Source of the DNA: an uncultured Planctomycetia bacterium
GTDB lineage: Bacteria; Omnitrophota; Gorgyraeia; Tantalellales; Tantalellaceae
Reading direction: 5' to 3'
Length of the DNA: 64,000 bases
Assembly (NCBI GenBank): GCA_964572255.1
Contig: CAZNEE010000004.1
Coordinates: 26,344-90,343 of the forward strand
Within the stretch, counting starts at the first letter, position 1. Each line of letters starts with the position of its first letter. Shown piece by piece: positions 19,313 through 29,254 of this stretch. Both the position numbers and the translations under genes were made by a program. The notes under the pieces are model-generated. The model was not told the DNA's origin. It was given only the letters and a program-made list of their open reading frames with translations, and ran no database searches.

Positions 19313-20369
19313 GCCGGGTGATCGCGATCTTCACCTTAAGAGGGCAAAACGTAAATTGGTAAATGCCGGTTGTGATGCGATTCTCGTAAGCGATCCCGGC
19401 AATATTGAATACTTTACGAACACCTCAAGCCTTGGAGCGTTTGTTCTGGTGCCTGCAAGAGGAAAGGCCGTTTTTTTTATAGATAAAATGAACTATGCGC
19501 TTGCGGTGAAGATGCTTGAAGGACTGGACATTGATATTATCACCGACAACGCCCGGATAAAAGCAGTGGCAGCGTTTATCAAAGACAAAAAATACAGAAA
19601 AATAGGGTTCAACGAACGGACGCTCCCGGAAGGCACATTCAGAGCCCTTGAGCGGTCCGCTTCAAAGATTAAATTCAAACCGTTGGCTTCACTGGTGCAG
19701 GATATGCGCACTTGTAAGGGTGATGACGAGATCAGGCTGCTGAAAAAAGCGGCAAAAGAAACGGTCGTTATCTGGAATGAGGTCAAACACGCTATCAGGA
19801 CCGGCATGACCGAACGGGAAATAGCCGCCATGGTAGATATCGCAATAAGAAAAAGGGGACATACGAATTCCTTCCCTACAATTGCGGCAATAGGCAGGAA
19901 TTCGGCTTTTCCCCATGCGATCCCCTCTTCCAGGAGGTTAAGGAAGGGTGAACATGTGCTGGTTGATTTCGGGATCAAATACAACGGGTACTGTTCTGAC
20001 TTGACAAGGACATGGGACAACGGTAGAATAAACCGAAAAATTAAGGACTTACGAAACTTTGTCTTAACAGCCCAGGAAAGAGCTATAAAAAAACTTAAAA
20101 GTGGAGTAAATATAGGCTCTTTGGCCAGGGATGTTAATGGTTATTTCCATAAAAACGGGCTTAGCGGCTATATTTTGCATAGTTTAGGCCACGGTGTGGG
20201 GCTGGATATCCACGAAGAGCCGTATTTAAGCGAAAGATCCTCCCGGAAGCTTAAAAAAGGCATGGTAGTTACTATAGAGCCCGGGTTGTATGTGCCTGGG
20301 GTAGGCGGTATTCGTGAAGAGGACATGGCGTTAATAACTGCCAAGGGATGTGAGGTGTTGACTAAATGA
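19302..20369 (+). CDS. Xaa-Pro aminopeptidase (M24)
   Basis: [34 protein letters not shown]. Confidence 0.93.
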   Translation: MQNRPGDRDLHLKRAKRKLVNAGCDAILVSDPGNIEYFTNTSSLGAFVLVPARGKAVFFIDKMNYALAVKMLEGLDIDIITDNARIKAVAAFIKDKKYRKIGFNERTLPEGTFRALERSASKIKFKPLASLVQDMRTCKGDDEIRLLKKAAKETVVIWNEVKHAIRTGMTEREIAAMVDIAIRKRGHTNSFPTIAAIGRNSAFPHAIPSSRRLRKGEHVLVDFGIKYNGYCSDLTRTWDNGRINRKIKDLRNFVLTAQERAIKKLKSGVNIGSLARDVNGYFHKNGLSGYILHSLGHGVGLDIHEEPYLSERSSRKLKKGMVVTIEPGLYVPGVGGIREEDMALITAKGCEVLTK

Positions 20370-20923
20370 TCAAAGCCGGAAATTTAAGGACAGGTACCAT
20401 AATCAAATATAATAATCAGCTGCATACGGTAGTGGAAGCCCAGCATTATAAACCCGGCAAGGGCGGAGCTTTCATACGGACCAAGCTTAAGAATCTTCAA
20501 ACAGGCTCGATTGTTTCAGAAACATTACGGCCTGAAGATACGTTTGAGGACGTGTTTATCGAGCAGAAACAGGTTCAATATCTTTACAAGGACGATCATG
20601 GTTATTGCTTCATGGACGAAGAGACATATGAACAGATGCATATATCTGAAGGGAAAATAGGGGATATTATCGATTATCTTAAAGAGAACATGACAGTAAC
20701 AGCAAATCTCTTCGATGGAGAGATACTTTCAATAACGCCGCCGATACATGTTGTATTAAAAATAGCAAAAACCGAACCCGGGTTAAGGGGCAATACCGTC
20801 AGCGGTGCGACGAAACCGGCTGTTCTTGAAACCGGCAAAGAGATAAAGGTGCCGCTTTTCATCGAACAGGGAGAGTTGGTTAAAGTTGATACCCGTACGG
20901 GTGAGTATATTGAACGCGCTTAA
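20366..20923 (+). CDS. efp: Elongation factor P
   Basis: KPGKGGAF loop, VPLFI..G..VKVDTRTGEY. Confidence 0.97.
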   Translation: MIKAGNLRTGTIIKYNNQLHTVVEAQHYKPGKGGAFIRTKLKNLQTGSIVSETLRPEDTFEDVFIEQKQVQYLYKDDHGYCFMDEETYEQMHISEGKIGDIIDYLKENMTVTANLFDGEILSITPPIHVVLKIAKTEPGLRGNTVSGATKPAVLETGKEIKVPLFIEQGELVKVDTRTGEYIERA

Positions 20924-20937
20924 ATAGGAGTTGAAAA

Positions 20938-21387
20938 ATGAATATTAAAAAGATTCAGGAACTTATTGAATTGATGAATAACAATAACCTTGGCGAGATC
21001 GAGATCGAGCAGGAAGGCCAGAAGGTCAAACTCAAAAAAACCACCGCCCAGGGCATCATTGAACAGGTAGTTCCTCAGGCGGCAGCCCTGCAGCAGCCTC
21101 AGGCTGCAGCAGCAGCGCCGGCGAAGCCTAAAGAGGCAGCCGGCAATCTTAAGGAAGTAAAAGCCCCGATGGTAGGAACATTTTACAGATCACCCTCGCC
21201 GGATTCCGAGGCTTATGTTGACGTAGGTAAAGTGGTTCATAAAGGGGACGTTCTTTGCATCATAGAAGCGATGAAGATAATGAACGAGGTCAAGAGCGAA
21301 TTTGACGGTAAAATAGTGCAGATCCCGGTTGAGAATGCGGAACCGATAGAATTCGGGCAGACATTGTTCTTGATAGAACCTATATAA
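20938..21387 (+). CDS. accB: Acetyl-CoA carboxylase biotin carboxyl carrier protein
   Basis: [15 protein letters not shown] biotinylation site. Confidence 0.97.
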   Translation: MNIKKIQELIELMNNNNLGEIEIEQEGQKVKLKKTTAQGIIEQVVPQAAALQQPQAAAAAPAKPKEAAGNLKEVKAPMVGTFYRSPSPDSEAYVDVGKVVHKGDVLCIIEAMKIMNEVKSEFDGKIVQIPVENAEPIEFGQTLFLIEPI

Positions 21388-21410
21388 TAGGAATAGGGCG
21401 GAGAGATTTT

Positions 21411-22760
21411 ATGTTTTCAAAAATTTTGATAGCGAACAGGGGCGAAATAGCGCTTCGTATAATACGTGCCTGCAAAGAATTAGGCGTAAGAACTGTTGCA
21501 GTTTATTCTGAAGCCGACGCTGATTCTCTTCATGTAAGGTTCGCCGATGAAGCTGTGTGTATAGGCAAAGCCGCACCTTCTGAAAGTTATTTAAATATCC
21601 CATCCATAGTGAGCGCTGCGGAGATAACAGACGTAGAAGCCATACACCCGGGATACGGTTTTCTGGCGGAAGATGCCCATTTTGCGGAGATATGCGAATC
21701 ATGTCATCTGAAATTTATCGGTCCCACGCCTGAGAATATCAAGCAGATGGGTGATAAGATGATGGCCAAGGATACCATGAAAAAAGCCGGGATACCCGTT
21801 ATACCCGGAACGGAAAATGTTATTAAGACCAAGGAAGAAGTGCTTAAAGAAGCGAAAAAAATAGGGTATCCGGTTATTATTAAAGCTTCCGCGGGGGGCG
21901 GCGGTAAAGGCATGAGGGTCTGCCACAATGATGTCAGCCTGGTAGGCGCTTTCTTGACAGCTCAGAGTGAAGCGGAGGCCGCTTTCGGGAATCCCGATGT
22001 ATATATGGAAAAATATATTAACGAGCCGCGCCATGTGGAACTGCAGATACTCGCGGATGAAAAAGGCAATGTTGTTCATCTTGGAGAGAGAGATTGCACA
22101 GTGCAGAGGCGCCATCAGAAATTAATAGAAGAGTCCCCATCGGTAAGCATTACCGATAAGATGCGTAAAGAGATGGGTGAAGAGGCGGTCAAGGGCGCGG
22201 AAGCGGCAGGTTATGTCGGAGCCGGCACGATCGAATTTCTGGTTGACGGCAATAATTTTTATTTTATGGAGATGAATACGCGGATACAGGTCGAGCATCC
22301 CGTAACGGAACTGGTGACGGGCATCGACCTTATAAAGGAGCAGATAAAGATCGCTACGGGCGCGAAACTTCCGTTTAAACAGGAAGATATCAAATTCAAC
22401 GGCTGCGCCATAGAATGCCGCATAAACGCGGAAGATCCCGAGAACGATTTCAGGCCTTCACCCGGGAAGATAGAGGCCATATATAAACCGGGAGGCCCGG
22501 GAATAAGACTTGATACCCATGTATATGCCGGTTATGTCGTTCCGCCGTATTACGATTCTATGATAGCAAAGCTTTTGGCTCATGGGAACACCAGGCAGGA
22601 GGCCATAGATATCATGCTTAGAGCGTTGAGCGAATTTCTGGTGGAACCTATTCCCACGACCGTGGATTTTCACAAGAGAGTGCTGAGCGATTCCGATTTT
22701 CGCAGTGGAAAATATTCCACTCATTTTATTGAAAAATATTTTCCGAAGAAAGAAGAATAG
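21411..22760 (+). CDS. accC: Biotin carboxylase
   Basis: [32 protein letters not shown]. Confidence 0.97.
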   Translation: MFSKILIANRGEIALRIIRACKELGVRTVAVYSEADADSLHVRFADEAVCIGKAAPSESYLNIPSIVSAAEITDVEAIHPGYGFLAEDAHFAEICESCHLKFIGPTPENIKQMGDKMMAKDTMKKAGIPVIPGTENVIKTKEEVLKEAKKIGYPVIIKASAGGGGKGMRVCHNDVSLVGAFLTAQSEAEAAFGNPDVYMEKYINEPRHVELQILADEKGNVVHLGERDCTVQRRHQKLIEESPSVSITDKMRKEMGEEAVKGAEAAGYVGAGTIEFLVDGNNFYFMEMNTRIQVEHPVTELVTGIDLIKEQIKIATGAKLPFKQEDIKFNGCAIECRINAEDPENDFRPSPGKIEAIYKPGGPGIRLDTHVYAGYVVPPYYDSMIAKLLAHGNTRQEAIDIMLRALSEFLVEPIPTTVDFHKRVLSDSDFRSGKYSTHFIEKYFPKKEE

Positions 22761-22771
22761 GAGGGGGTTTT

Positions 22772-23368
22772 ATGAATTTTATCAAACGACTGGGGCTTTT
22801 GATCTACATGGTCCTGATGGTGTTTATCGGCGCGACGATCCTTTTGGCGGCGCTGAACATGATCACTTCAGAAAATTTAAATCAGGCGATGGAGGCGATC
22901 CATTCGTCCGCTGATTATCAGTGGATCACTGCGGGGATAGGCGCTTTGATAATTTTGATCGGGCTGATAGTCCCGAGCCATGCGTCAAAAAGTCTCAAAA
23001 AGGGGAGAACAATAACTTTCCAGAACCCTGACGGAGAGGTGACGGTTTCGGTAACGGCCATAGAAGATTATATCCGCAAGATCGCCGATGACATGCCTGA
23101 TGTCAAGGATGTGCGTTCGCATGTGAATTTCACGAAAAAAGGGATAAATGTTACAAGCGCTGTGTCAATACATGCCGGAGCCAATATCCCTGAAGTCATG
23201 GAACGCATCCAGATGGCAGTCAAGAATCATATACAGACAATGCTGGGAGTGGACGAACCGATAAATATTAAAATGCACATAAGCAGAATTATAGGCACAC
23301 CGCCTGCTGAAGCAGTAGGGCCGGAAGAGCCCCAGGAAGAGTCCCCGCAGCAGGTGCCGTTCCGTTAA
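22772..23368 (+). CDS. AmaP-like membrane anchor with Asp23/Gls24-like domain
   Basis: Two N-terminal TM helices, GEVTVSVTAIEDYI, NIPEV...Q..VK...MLG; follows accC. Confidence 0.7.
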   Translation: MNFIKRLGLLIYMVLMVFIGATILLAALNMITSENLNQAMEAIHSSADYQWITAGIGALIILIGLIVPSHASKSLKKGRTITFQNPDGEVTVSVTAIEDYIRKIADDMPDVKDVRSHVNFTKKGINVTSAVSIHAGANIPEVMERIQMAVKNHIQTMLGVDEPINIKMHISRIIGTPPAEAVGPEEPQEESPQQVPFR

Positions 23369-23397
23369 CGGAAAACCTGATAAAGATCGAGTCTCAT

Positions 23398-23970
23398 ATG
23401 AAGGATATTATTAAAAAGATATTTGAAGACAGCATCAAGGTTAAAAAAGAATTTATTCTTGATGACGCGAATGTGTCAAAAATAGCGGAAGCCGCAAAAA
23501 CCATAATCGATTCTTATTCCCGCGGAGGCAAGGTCATAGTTTTCGGCAACGGCGGGAGCGCCGCTGACAGCCAGCATTTTGCCGCGGAATTGATGATAAG
23601 ATTCGAAAAGGAGAGGCGAAGTCTTCCCTGCATCGCTTTAAGCACAAATACATCGAATCTTACGGCAGCCTCAAATGATTACGGATACGACAGTTCTTTT
23701 TCGAGGCAGCTGGAAGGCCTCGCGAAAGAGGGAGACGTGGCGGTGGCTGTCTCTACAAGCGGTAACTCCAAAAACGTACTGGATGCCGCCAAAAAGGCCA
23801 GATCGTTGAAGATCCCTGTTATTGGCCTGCTCGGAAGGGACGGCGGTAAACTTGCCGGAATATCGGATATCCCGATAATCGTGAAAGATCAGAATACGGC
23901 TCGCGTTCAAGAGGCGCATGGCGTGATCATGCATGCTTTGTGCAAGATCATTGAAGATAATATAAGTTAA
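23398..23970 (+). CDS. gmhA: Phosphoheptose isomerase
   Basis: GNGGSAADSQHFAAEL, STSGNS, TARVQEAH. Confidence 0.96.
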   Translation: MKDIIKKIFEDSIKVKKEFILDDANVSKIAEAAKTIIDSYSRGGKVIVFGNGGSAADSQHFAAELMIRFEKERRSLPCIALSTNTSNLTAASNDYGYDSSFSRQLEGLAKEGDVAVAVSTSGNSKNVLDAAKKARSLKIPVIGLLGRDGGKLAGISDIPIIVKDQNTARVQEAHGVIMHALCKIIEDNIS

Positions 23971-23997
23971 CTATCAAGCCGGAAGGTCGCCGGTATC

Positions 23998-24477
23998 ATG
24001 CCAAATAAGAAGATTAAGAAACAGGATGATGTTGCAAAAATAGTGTACTGGGAAAAAGCCGCCGACAGGGTCGTGGGTTTCACCAACGGTTGTTTTGATA
24101 TCCTGCATGCCGGGCATGTTGCTTATCTTGAAAAAGCTAAAGAGAAATGCGATGTTTTGATCATTGGCGTGAACAGCGATTCTTCGGTAAAACGCATAAA
24201 AGGCGACAAGCGTCCTATTAATGGCGAGAAATCGCGGTTAGCTGTATTAGCAGCGCTGGAGGTCGTGGATTATGTAACGCTTTTCAAGGAAAGTACTCCT
24301 AAGAAACTGATAGAGCTTATCACCCCGAATGTGCTTTTTAAAGGCGGAGATTGGGATGAAAAGGATATTGTCGGAGGGAGGCACGTAAAAGCCAGCGGCG
24401 GCAAGGTAGAGGTAATTCCGTATGTGAAAGGATTTTCTACAACTGATTTAATTAAAAGGATCAAGAAAAAGGGGTAA
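23998..24477 (+). CDS. rfaE2: D-glycero-beta-D-manno-heptose 1-phosphate adenylyltransferase
   Basis: FTNGCFDILHAGH, GVNSDSSV, KGGD, STT. Confidence 0.93.
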   Translation: MPNKKIKKQDDVAKIVYWEKAADRVVGFTNGCFDILHAGHVAYLEKAKEKCDVLIIGVNSDSSVKRIKGDKRPINGEKSRLAVLAALEVVDYVTLFKESTPKKLIELITPNVLFKGGDWDEKDIVGGRHVKASGGKVEVIPYVKGFSTTDLIKRIKKKG

Positions 24478-24483
24478 AGCGGC

Positions 24484-24939
24484 ATGGACAAGGGTGTTTA
24501 CAGGATAATAGATGCGAATCTGAACAGGGTGATGGAAGGCATACGCGTCAGTGAGGATATAATACGGTTCGCCCTGGATAACGAAAAATTGACACGGAAG
24601 CTTAAGGATCTGCGTCACAATATTTTCATTGCAATAAGGGATCTTCGCATGCAGCACCTGCAGGAACTCGTGTCTGCGCGTGATATTGATGACGACATAG
24701 GGCGCGTGACCACCGAGACTGAAAGGAATAAAAGAGACCTGATCGAACTGTTCCTGGCAAACACGCAAAGAGGGAAAGAATCTTTGAGGGTGCTTGAGGA
24801 AGTCCTGAAGCTTTTCGACCAGAAACTTTCACAAAAGTTCAAAAGGTTCAGATTCAAGCTTTACGAGATAGAAAAGGCTTCTGTTGAGGAGTTGGAAAAA
24901 ATAAGGGGCAAAAGGAAGAAGAAGACAAAAACAAAATGA
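24484..24939 (+). CDS. Stand-alone ThiD2-like domain protein
   Basis: RIIDANLNRVMEGIRVSED and ANTQRGKESLRVLEE repeats, as in the N-terminal domain of cyanobacterial ThiE. Confidence 0.8.
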   Translation: MDKGVYRIIDANLNRVMEGIRVSEDIIRFALDNEKLTRKLKDLRHNIFIAIRDLRMQHLQELVSARDIDDDIGRVTTETERNKRDLIELFLANTQRGKESLRVLEEVLKLFDQKLSQKFKRFRFKLYEIEKASVEELEKIRGKRKKKTKTK

Positions 24940-26201
24940 TAAAATCGAGTGAACCTATCATAAAGAAAATACTCGCAAAAGAAGATGCGAGCCGCGCCTA
25001 TATAAAAAAAGGTCTTCGTTCAGGGACCATAGTCATACCGAAAAACCGCAAACGTTCCGTGTCTGACCCTTGCGCGATAGGCAGGGGAATGAAAACCAAA
25101 GTTAACGCTAATATAGGGTTATCTCCGTCCAAATCAAGCATAGACAAAGAGATCGAGAAGATGGAGGCTGCCTGCCGCTCGGGAGCGGATGCGGTGATGG
25201 ATCTTTCAACGGGATCACGGCTTGCGAAGGTAAGAAAGAGAATCCTGGATGAATGTCCGGTGCCGGTAGGTACAGTCCCAATATATGAACTTGCCTGCAT
25301 GCCGCGGAAAAAATTCCTTTCGCTTAAAGAGGGCGATTTTATCGCTATTCTCGAGAAGCAGGCCGAAGAGGGGGTTGATTTTTTCACTATTCACCCGGGC
25401 ATTACGCAAGATGAGTTGAAACTGGTCATTAAAGGGCCGCGTATCATGAATATTGTAAGCCGCGGGGGCGCGTTGATCGCTTCGTGGATGATGGCCAACA
25501 AAAAAGAGAATCCTTTTTTCTCCCAGTTCAATAAAGTTCTGGACATACTTAAAAAGTACGATGTCACTTTAAGTTTAGGTGACAGTCTGAGGCCGGGTTC
25601 TATATGCGATGCTACGGACCGGCTGCAGATACAGGAACTGATAACATTAGGCGGGTTGCAGCAGCGTGCCTTAAAACGGGGAGTACAATCCATGATCGAG
25701 GGCCCCGGCCATGTTCCTCTGGATCAGATCGAATCCAATGTGAAGCTTCAGAAATCCATATGCCATAACGCGCCGTTTTATGTCCTGGGGCCTTTGGTGA
25801 CGGATTCAGCTCCCGGGTACGATCATATTGTGTCCGCTATAGGAGGCGCTATAGCGGCATGGCACGGCGCGGACTTTTTGTGTTATGTAACCCCCGCGGA
25901 GCATTTGAGCCTTCCAGGCATTGACGATGTGCGCCGCGGTGTAATGGCATCTAAGATAGCCGCGCATGCGGCTGATATAGTCAAAGGAATACCTTCCGCT
26001 CTTGAACGTGACAGGCAAATATCTCTGGCTCGCGCAAAGAGAGACTGGAATAAACAGTTTAAACTCTCATTGGATCCCGAAGCGCCCGCAAAATTCAGGA
26101 AAAGATCTCATCCGGACATGGTTGATGTATGTACGATGTGCGGGGAGTATTGCTCGATAAAAATAACTGAAGATATCGTTAAAAAGAAAAGAAGAAAATG
26201 A
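24936..26201 (+). CDS. thiC: Phosphomethylpyrimidine synthase
   Basis: KVNANIG, MDLSTG, GTVPIYE, IVSRGG, EGPGHVP, CTMCGEYC. Confidence 0.9.
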   Translation: MIKSSEPIIKKILAKEDASRAYIKKGLRSGTIVIPKNRKRSVSDPCAIGRGMKTKVNANIGLSPSKSSIDKEIEKMEAACRSGADAVMDLSTGSRLAKVRKRILDECPVPVGTVPIYELACMPRKKFLSLKEGDFIAILEKQAEEGVDFFTIHPGITQDELKLVIKGPRIMNIVSRGGALIASWMMANKKENPFFSQFNKVLDILKKYDVTLSLGDSLRPGSICDATDRLQIQELITLGGLQQRALKRGVQSMIEGPGHVPLDQIESNVKLQKSICHNAPFYVLGPLVTDSAPGYDHIVSAIGGAIAAWHGADFLCYVTPAEHLSLPGIDDVRRGVMASKIAAHAADIVKGIPSALERDRQISLARAKRDWNKQFKLSLDPEAPAKFRKRSHPDMVDVCTMCGEYCSIKITEDIVKKKRRK

Positions 26202-27097
26202 AAGTAACGATCATAGGTTCTGTTGCTTTTGACAGCGTGGAAACCCCTTTCGGAAAACGCGAAAATGCTTTGGGGGGCTCGGCAACATACGCCTCTTTGA
26301 GCGCTTCATTTTTTTCGCCGGTAAACCTTATCAGCGTTGTCGGAAAAGATTTTCCGAAAAAGTATTTTACGATGTTTAAACGACGGGAGATCGACACGGC
26401 CGGCCTTGAACAAAAAAAAGGCAAAACTTTTCGCTGGAAGGCCAAATATCATTACGATCTCAGTTATGCGGAAACAATATACACGCATCTTAATGTGTTT
26501 CAGGGATTCAAGCCTGCCGTACCAGATAATGTTTCTTCAAAAGACAATCTTCTTTTAGCGAATATAGATCCCGAATTGCAAAGCTGGATATTCGCCTCGA
26601 TCAAACCTACAGGTCTTGTTGCATGCGACACGATGAATCTCTGGATCGAACACAGAAAGAAAGCGCTCCTGAAGCTGCTGAAAAAAGTCGATATATTTCT
26701 TCTGAATGACGCGGAAGCCAGACAGCTTTCCGGAGAGAAGAACCTGATAGACGCCGCCAGATACATAGCTTCAAAAGGGACAAAGATGATCGTCATAAAA
26801 AAGGGCGAGCATGGCGCGCTGTTCTTCCATGGCGGACTGCTTTTTATGGTCCCCGCGTATCTTCTGGAGAAGATCTGTGACCCGACAGGCGCAGGCGACA
26901 CGTTCGCGGGAGGCATGCTGGGATATCTTTCACGTAAAAGAAGAATAACTCAAACCGACCTGAGAAGATCCTTGGTCTATGGCAGCATATTAGCCTCATT
27001 CGTAGTTGAAAAGTTCAGTGTGGAAGGTCTTCTTAAGACCTCGGTTAAAGATATAGATACGAGATACAGGCATTTTGAAAAGTTAACGAAATTCTAG
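26198..27097 (+). CDS. PfkB family sugar/nucleoside kinase
   Basis: GSVAFDSVETP, KKGEHG, DPTGAGDTFAGG. Confidence 0.92.
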   Translation: MKVTIIGSVAFDSVETPFGKRENALGGSATYASLSASFFSPVNLISVVGKDFPKKYFTMFKRREIDTAGLEQKKGKTFRWKAKYHYDLSYAETIYTHLNVFQGFKPAVPDNVSSKDNLLLANIDPELQSWIFASIKPTGLVACDTMNLWIEHRKKALLKLLKKVDIFLLNDAEARQLSGEKNLIDAARYIASKGTKMIVIKKGEHGALFFHGGLLFMVPAYLLEKICDPTGAGDTFAGGMLGYLSRKRRITQTDLRRSLVYGSILASFVVEKFSVEGLLKTSVKDIDTRYRHFEKLTKF

Positions 27098-27098
27098 G

Positions 27099-27172
27099 GC
27101 GAGCGTAGCACAATGGTAGTGCACTGGCTTCCCAAGCCAGCCACGGGGGTTCGATTCCCCTCGCTCGCTCCA
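27099..27172 (+). tRNA. tRNA-Gly (anticodon CCC)
   Basis: Acceptor stem GCGAGCG/CGCTCGC, anticodon arm CTGGC-TTCCCAA-GCCAG, GGTTCGATTCC T-loop, T discriminator, encoded CCA. Confidence 0.97.
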
Positions 27173-27176
27173 CTTT

Positions 27177-27417
27177 AAAAATTCGGGCCTTCGGGCTGCC
27201 TTAAAAGGAGGACGGCACCCTTCGGCCCCATAGCAAGTTAAACGCATTGGGCTCAAATCGCCGAATTTTTTTGAGAGGGAACCAATGGTTCCCTCTCAAC
27301 GTTCGCCTTCAGCGAACTGCTCACCCTCCTTTAGAGGAAGGGTCTTTATGATACTGGATTAGCAAGGAGGGGGATTACGCTTTGTAAGCGAACGAAATTT
27401 CCCCTCGCTTCACTAAT
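27177..27417. repeat. Cluster of palindromes/hairpins 3' of the tRNA
   Basis: AAAAATTCGG/CCGAATTTTT; perfect TTGAGAGGGAACCA-A-TGGTTCCCTCTCAA; GTTCGC/GCGAAC; ACCCTCCT/AGGAAGGGT; ATTAG/CTAAT closing a further stem. Confidence 0.75.
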
Positions 27418-27438
27418 TTAATAATGAAAGGAGAAAAA

Positions 27439-27798
27439 ATGAAGAAAGTATTTTCAATCTTGGTATTAGCGGTATTTTTGATGGGTGCGGCTCTATCCTT
27501 CGCCGATTCTTCTGATTTTTTGAAGCAGGGGCTTTTGGGAGCCGGCGCAGGGGCTGTGGGAGGCGCTGCGTCAGGAGCCAAAGGCCGGGATGTATGGAAA
27601 GGCGCGCTTGCCGGTGCCGGAGTCAACCTTGTGGGGAACATGCTCCTTGATAAGCATAGCGGCGAAGAAGTGACTAAAACCGATAATGTGGACAAGCTCG
27701 ATTCGAGGACCGCTTATCAGCAGGGGTATCAGGATGGTTATGAAAACGGATATAAACAGGGTTATACAGAAGGCATAAAAGAGAATGTAAAAAAGTAA
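27439..27798 (+). CDS. Secreted glycine-zipper protein (paralog of 37026-37406)
   Basis: Signal peptide, GAGAGAVGGAASG, C-terminal GYxxGYxxGY repeats. Confidence 0.8.
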   Translation: MKKVFSILVLAVFLMGAALSFADSSDFLKQGLLGAGAGAVGGAASGAKGRDVWKGALAGAGVNLVGNMLLDKHSGEEVTKTDNVDKLDSRTAYQQGYQDGYENGYKQGYTEGIKENVKK

Positions 27799-27830
27799 AA
27801 AATTAATTGTTTTATTCAGAGGAAAGAGAA

Positions 27831-29198
27831 ATGAAGAATAAGAAGAATACATTCATGTATATTGTTGCGGCTATTGCCGCGATCGGCGGTGTTCTTTTCG
27901 GATTTGATACCGGAGTGATATCGGGAGCATTGCTTCTTATCAAGAAACAGTGGGCGTTAAGTACGGCAAGCCAGGAATTTGCCGTAAGCGCCGTTCTGAT
28001 CGGGGCAATGATAGGGGCGGCTCTAAGCGGAAGGCTTGCGGACAGTTGGGGAAGACGCCGGGTGATCATCATAACTGCCGGGATATTCGCCTTGGGAACT
28101 TTAGGGGCAGCGGCATCGGCTTCGGTTAACTGGCTTATTGCGAGCCGCATAGTAATAGGTGTAGCTATTGGTATAGCTTCTTTCTGTGTTCCTCTATATA
28201 TCTCCGAGGTCGCTCCCGCCAAACAAAGGGGAGCTCTGGTCTCGTTAAACCAGCTTGCGATAACGATAGGGATCCTGGTTTCTTACTTTATCGATGATAT
28301 ATTTGCCGCCATGACCGGCGGGTGGAGATTCATGTTCGCAGCCGGCATTTTACCGGCAGTAGTTTTGGGTGTCGGGATGTTGTTCCTGCCTCGGACGCCT
28401 CGGTGGCTCATGATAAACGGGAGAGATGAGGAAGCCCGGTCAGTTTTGGAGAAGATGGGCACAATAGAAAGTGTCGATGCCGCTATAGGTGACATGAAAA
28501 GGAGTTTAAGCGAAGAGAAGAGCGGCGGTTTGAGGGAGCTGTTCGTTCCCTGGCTAAGGATGCCTCTTTTTATAGGTATCGGTATCATGTTCTTTCAGCA
28601 GATAACGGGGATCAATACAGTTATATATTATGCCCCGACTATTTTTGAAATGGCCGGATTCAAATCGGATGTAGTGGCGATAGCTGCGACCATGGGTGTG
28701 GGGGCGTTAAATGTGATCATGACAGTTGTCGCGATATACGTTATCGACAAGATCGGGCGCAAACCTTTGCTTTTCGTGGGGTTGATCGGTATGGCTATTT
28801 CTTTGGGGATCTTAGGGCTTGCTTTTAAAGAAGAGGCGTATCTGGGCGCTGCTTTAAAATGGGTTTCAGTAGGAAGCCTTTTGCTTTACATAGGTTCCTT
28901 TGCTATAAGCTTGGGTCCTGTAGCATGGCTGATCATATCGGAGATCTATCCGCTTAGAATAAGAGGGCTGGCGATGAGTATCGCGACATTATCAAACTGG
29001 GCTTTTAACTTTATCGTTGCGAGCACTTTCTTGAGCATAGTTCAGGCTCTTGGAGCGTCATCAGCCTTTTGGATATATGCCGTGCTCAGCGCGATGGGTT
29101 GGCTCTTCTGCTACTTTTTTGTTCCGGAAACAAAGGGGCACAAGCTTGAGGATATTGAAGAGCATTGGATCCAGGGCAAATCACCCAGAGAATTGTAA
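27831..29198 (+). CDS. Sugar porter family MFS transporter
   Basis: GGVLFGFDTGVISGA, QQITGINTVIYYAPTIF, SEIYPLRIRG, PETKG. Confidence 0.95.
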   Translation: MKNKKNTFMYIVAAIAAIGGVLFGFDTGVISGALLLIKKQWALSTASQEFAVSAVLIGAMIGAALSGRLADSWGRRRVIIITAGIFALGTLGAAASASVNWLIASRIVIGVAIGIASFCVPLYISEVAPAKQRGALVSLNQLAITIGILVSYFIDDIFAAMTGGWRFMFAAGILPAVVLGVGMLFLPRTPRWLMINGRDEEARSVLEKMGTIESVDAAIGDMKRSLSEEKSGGLRELFVPWLRMPLFIGIGIMFFQQITGINTVIYYAPTIFEMAGFKSDVVAIAATMGVGALNVIMTVVAIYVIDKIGRKPLLFVGLIGMAISLGILGLAFKEEAYLGAALKWVSVGSLLLYIGSFAISLGPVAWLIISEIYPLRIRGLAMSIATLSNWAFNFIVASTFLSIVQALGASSAFWIYAVLSAMGWLFCYFFVPETKGHKLEDIEEHWIQGKSPREL

Positions 29199-29254
29199 AG
29201 CGAATTGCGGTTTAGGGGTACAGCCTTTATCAGCAAATTGCATGAAAGGGGTCA

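Noticed and set aside
27229-27242. CATAGCAAGTTAAA matches part of the S. pyogenes tracrRNA
   Set aside because: Only 14 nt; the flanks diverge; no cas genes or CRISPR repeats in the window; consistent with chance
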